This document shows positions 26,540 to 28,532 of a stretch of DNA of 28,532 bases, piece by piece. How positions within the stretch are numbered: the stretch's first letter is position 1; every line of letters begins with the position of its first letter. The notes beneath the pieces are model-generated. The model was not told the origin of the DNA, ran no database searches, and was given only the letters and a program-made list of their open reading frames with translations. Source of the stretch: a virus (taxonomy: Duplodnaviria; Caudoviricetes); the IMG/VR virus record IMGVR_UViG_3300017911_001873, positions 1 to 28,532 of that record; one strand, given 5' to 3'. Both the position numbers and the translations under genes were made by a program.

Positions 26540-27106
26540 ATGAAAACTGCATTAATCCTTGGTAATGGTTCTTCCCGTAAAGACCTAGACTTATCCTCAT
26601 ATGAGCATATCTATGGGTGTAATCTCGCATACAGAGAAGGTATCGACTTTGAATATATAGTCGCAACAGATCCACCGCTCCAGCATCAAATTTATCGGGA
26701 ATATGATGGCGGCAAGCTGTTTCTAGACTGGAGCCCTGTTCCGTCAGAAATGGCGTTGGCATTCGAAGCGTTTGATACCATGAATAATAGCAATGAATAC
26801 ACACCACATGGTTGTGTGATCAGCGGCGAAGGTAATACTACGATGATGACTTACCTTCGCGAATTAGATAACTGCCTTACTGTATCTGAGAGTCAGCTGC
26901 CGTTCGAAATGGCTGCTGGTTCATTAGCTATGTGGGATGCTGCTCAACGCGGATTTACTACTATCTATCTGGCTGGTTTCGGTGATGTCGATCACCTACA
27001 TGATCAGAAGCTGATGGATGAGAATGGTCGTCGTCTTATTCGTTGGGAGCAAGAACGCAAAGAAATTATCCGTATGTATAGTGATATTGAGTGGATTTAT
27101 TTGTAA
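26540..27106 (+). CDS. MptE/Maf/sialyltransferase-like Rossmannoid protein
   Basis: ALILGNGSSR, IYGCNLAYR, VATD, GSLA, IYLAGF; ATAAATA at 26528-34. Confidence 0.65.
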   Translation: MKTALILGNGSSRKDLDLSSYEHIYGCNLAYREGIDFEYIVATDPPLQHQIYREYDGGKLFLDWSPVPSEMALAFEAFDTMNNSNEYTPHGCVISGEGNTTMMTYLRELDNCLTVSESQLPFEMAAGSLAMWDAAQRGFTTIYLAGFGDVDHLHDQKLMDENGRRLIRWEQERKEIIRMYSDIEWIYL

Positions 27107-27143
27107 AAAAGTGCTTGACATTCCTGCAAAAATATGCTAATAT
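27104..27143 (+). promoter_or_regulatory. Early promoter repeat copy
   Basis: TAAAAAAGTGC-TTGACA-17-TAATAT with TG extension. Confidence 0.8.
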
Positions 27144-27163
27144 AAAAGTATAGTTGAAGGGAG

Positions 27164-27610
27164 TTGATTATGGTTTATACAGATAACGGCAAATACGAAG
27201 AATATATCTATTCGGTAGCTTCGGTATTAGGTATCTTCAGTAGCCTCACAGAAGTCACGGTCGACTTTACAGATAAATGCGACGGAGACGCTGGTGGTTA
27301 TTGTATGGGCGATGTAGAAGAGGTCGAGATTGAGATCGCTACGCACGTAATGGGCGAGCCTCTCGATGAGGAAACCATTTATCGTAATATCGCTCACGAA
27401 ATGATTCACGCTGAGCAGATTATCGACGGTCGTTTGGAAGACTTGGGTCTTCAGTTAGTTCAGACTGGTGATACTCAAACACTTGTCAAGCTGAGTAAAT
27501 GGCGCGGCGAGTATTATCAAAATGTAGCATATGATGACCAGCCTTGGGAGAAAGAGGCATACGGTCGTGAACAGGAAGTTATGGAAGAGGCACTTCGCTA
27601 TGTCAATTAA
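27164..27610 (+). CDS. Zincin-like metallopeptidase
   Basis: AHEMIHAEQ (HExxH) and YDDQPWEKEAY. Confidence 0.8.
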   Translation: MIMVYTDNGKYEEYIYSVASVLGIFSSLTEVTVDFTDKCDGDAGGYCMGDVEEVEIEIATHVMGEPLDEETIYRNIAHEMIHAEQIIDGRLEDLGLQLVQTGDTQTLVKLSKWRGEYYQNVAYDDQPWEKEAYGREQEVMEEALRYVN

Positions 27611-27881
27611 GAATATTTTACCGCATCGTTTCAAGCACGATGAGAAAGTCACACCGAAACATACTGCAGATTGGTATGTAAAGTGGGCAGCAACCTTTGT
27701 TATTTTGGCTGCTGTAATCTGCCGCGCATCTGGGTATCACCTCTATGATTTGTCATTGAGTGTTGTTGGCACATTGATGTGGGCATATGTTGGCTTTGCG
27801 TGGCATGACCGTGCATTGCTTGTATTGAATTCAGTTATCACTGTAATTCTCGTTATCGGACTTGTGGAGTTGTTGAAATGA
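27600..27881 (+). CDS. Small three-TM membrane protein
   Basis: DWYVKWAAT...WHDRALLVLN. Confidence 0.75.
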   Translation: MSIKNILPHRFKHDEKVTPKHTADWYVKWAATFVILAAVICRASGYHLYDLSLSVVGTLMWAYVGFAWHDRALLVLNSVITVILVIGLVELLK

Positions 27882-28330
27882 AGATTGAGATTGGTAAACA
27901 ATACAGTGTTTCTAACGCTTGGAAAAAATCTGTAGATGAAATTGAACATTGGGTCAGCGAAGACAGAAAACAGGTTATTTGTGTTGAAACATGCTGGCGT
28001 GCTGGGACATTTTTGATCACACCTCAAAATGATGAAGAAGTTGAAGAACTACAGCATCATTACGATAATCGTGAAAGCATTGAGTTTGGAGATATCCTTG
28101 AGATTACAGCTTTCGAGGAATATGAGTTCGATAGCACTTGGGATGGTGTTTCTGAGCATCTCAATTTCACTGGCACACATAAATGGACTGAAGAAGAAAT
28201 AGAGAATATTACTGAGGAATACTATGAAGAGTTCACTTCTTATTTAGAGGAAACTCTGGATCTTTGTTCTGAAGGGTGCGAAGTGTTCATTCGTGGTGGT
28301 ATCGAAGTTGAAGTTTTCGAAGGTTACTAA
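27878..28330 (+). CDS. Acidic hypothetical protein
   Basis: GGAG SD, ATGA coupling. Confidence 0.75.
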   Translation: MKIEIGKQYSVSNAWKKSVDEIEHWVSEDRKQVICVETCWRAGTFLITPQNDEEVEELQHHYDNRESIEFGDILEITAFEEYEFDSTWDGVSEHLNFTGTHKWTEEEIENITEEYYEEFTSYLEETLDLCSEGCEVFIRGGIEVEVFEGY

Positions 28331-28532
28331 GCATTACTTTTTTCGGAGTAAGCATTATCCAGCAGGTGATTACAACGAGTATCACCCATGCCGTATCGTG
28401 CGCAAGAACTTTGTAGAGCGTGGTTGGTATATCAACTCGTTCTATAGAGTTTCACGCTTTAATGGATATAAGTTCTGGGTAATCTCTTTCGGACTGATCA
28501 GCGGCTATCGTAAACACCGAGTCCCATATATA
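28308..28532 (+). CDS. Hypothetical protein, 3'-truncated
   Basis: TTG start overlapping the previous gene; 75 codons open to the window end (MKFSKVTKHYFFRSKHYPAG...). Confidence 0.5.
   Translation, partial: MKFSKVTKHYFFRSKHYPAGDYNEYHPCRIVRKNFVERGWYINSFYRVSRFNGYKFWVISFGLISGYRKHRVPYI

Noticed and set aside
898-28027. Many short minus-strand and alternate-frame ORFs in the track (e.g. 1353-1757, 8001-8528, 14948-15379)
   Set aside because: They are shadows of well-supported genes, with no SD or recognisable motifs.
28331-28352. Terminator-like hairpin after 28330
   Set aside because: Weak AT-rich stem, no U-tail, and it lies inside an open frame.
1-28532. tRNA, rRNA, CRISPR arrays, IS elements
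   Set aside because: No cloverleaf, regularly spaced repeat-spacer array or transposase was seen by eye; the repeats found are promoters.

Overview
A gene-dense 28.5 kb segment of a T4-like (myovirus-type, probably marine/aquatic) dsDNA phage genome, almost all on the + strand. The left part holds the replication and nucleotide module: gp61 primase, ThyX, class Ia NrdA/glutaredoxin/NrdB, a thermonuclease, RNase H, a HAD nucleotidase and dCMP deaminase. Accessory modification enzymes are scattered through it: a 2OG-Fe(II)-like protein, a QueC-like ATPase, three SGNH-like paralogs and two radical SAM enzymes. The centre has a TET/JBP dioxygenase plus a TET-associated glycosyltransferase, and both end in an SLEDLF tail resembling the T4 gp45 clamp-binding peptide. 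This suggests replisome-coupled DNA hypermodification, possibly base-J-like, and a candidate PD-(D/E)XK nuclease lies nearby. The right part is an early, hypervariable region of small genes behind repeated sigma70-type promoters. It includes a ligase-fold protein, an HNH nuclease, a zincin, membrane microproteins, an orphan antisense promoter and a possible anti-SD pseudoknot RNA. All family assignments come from motif recognition, not database searches.
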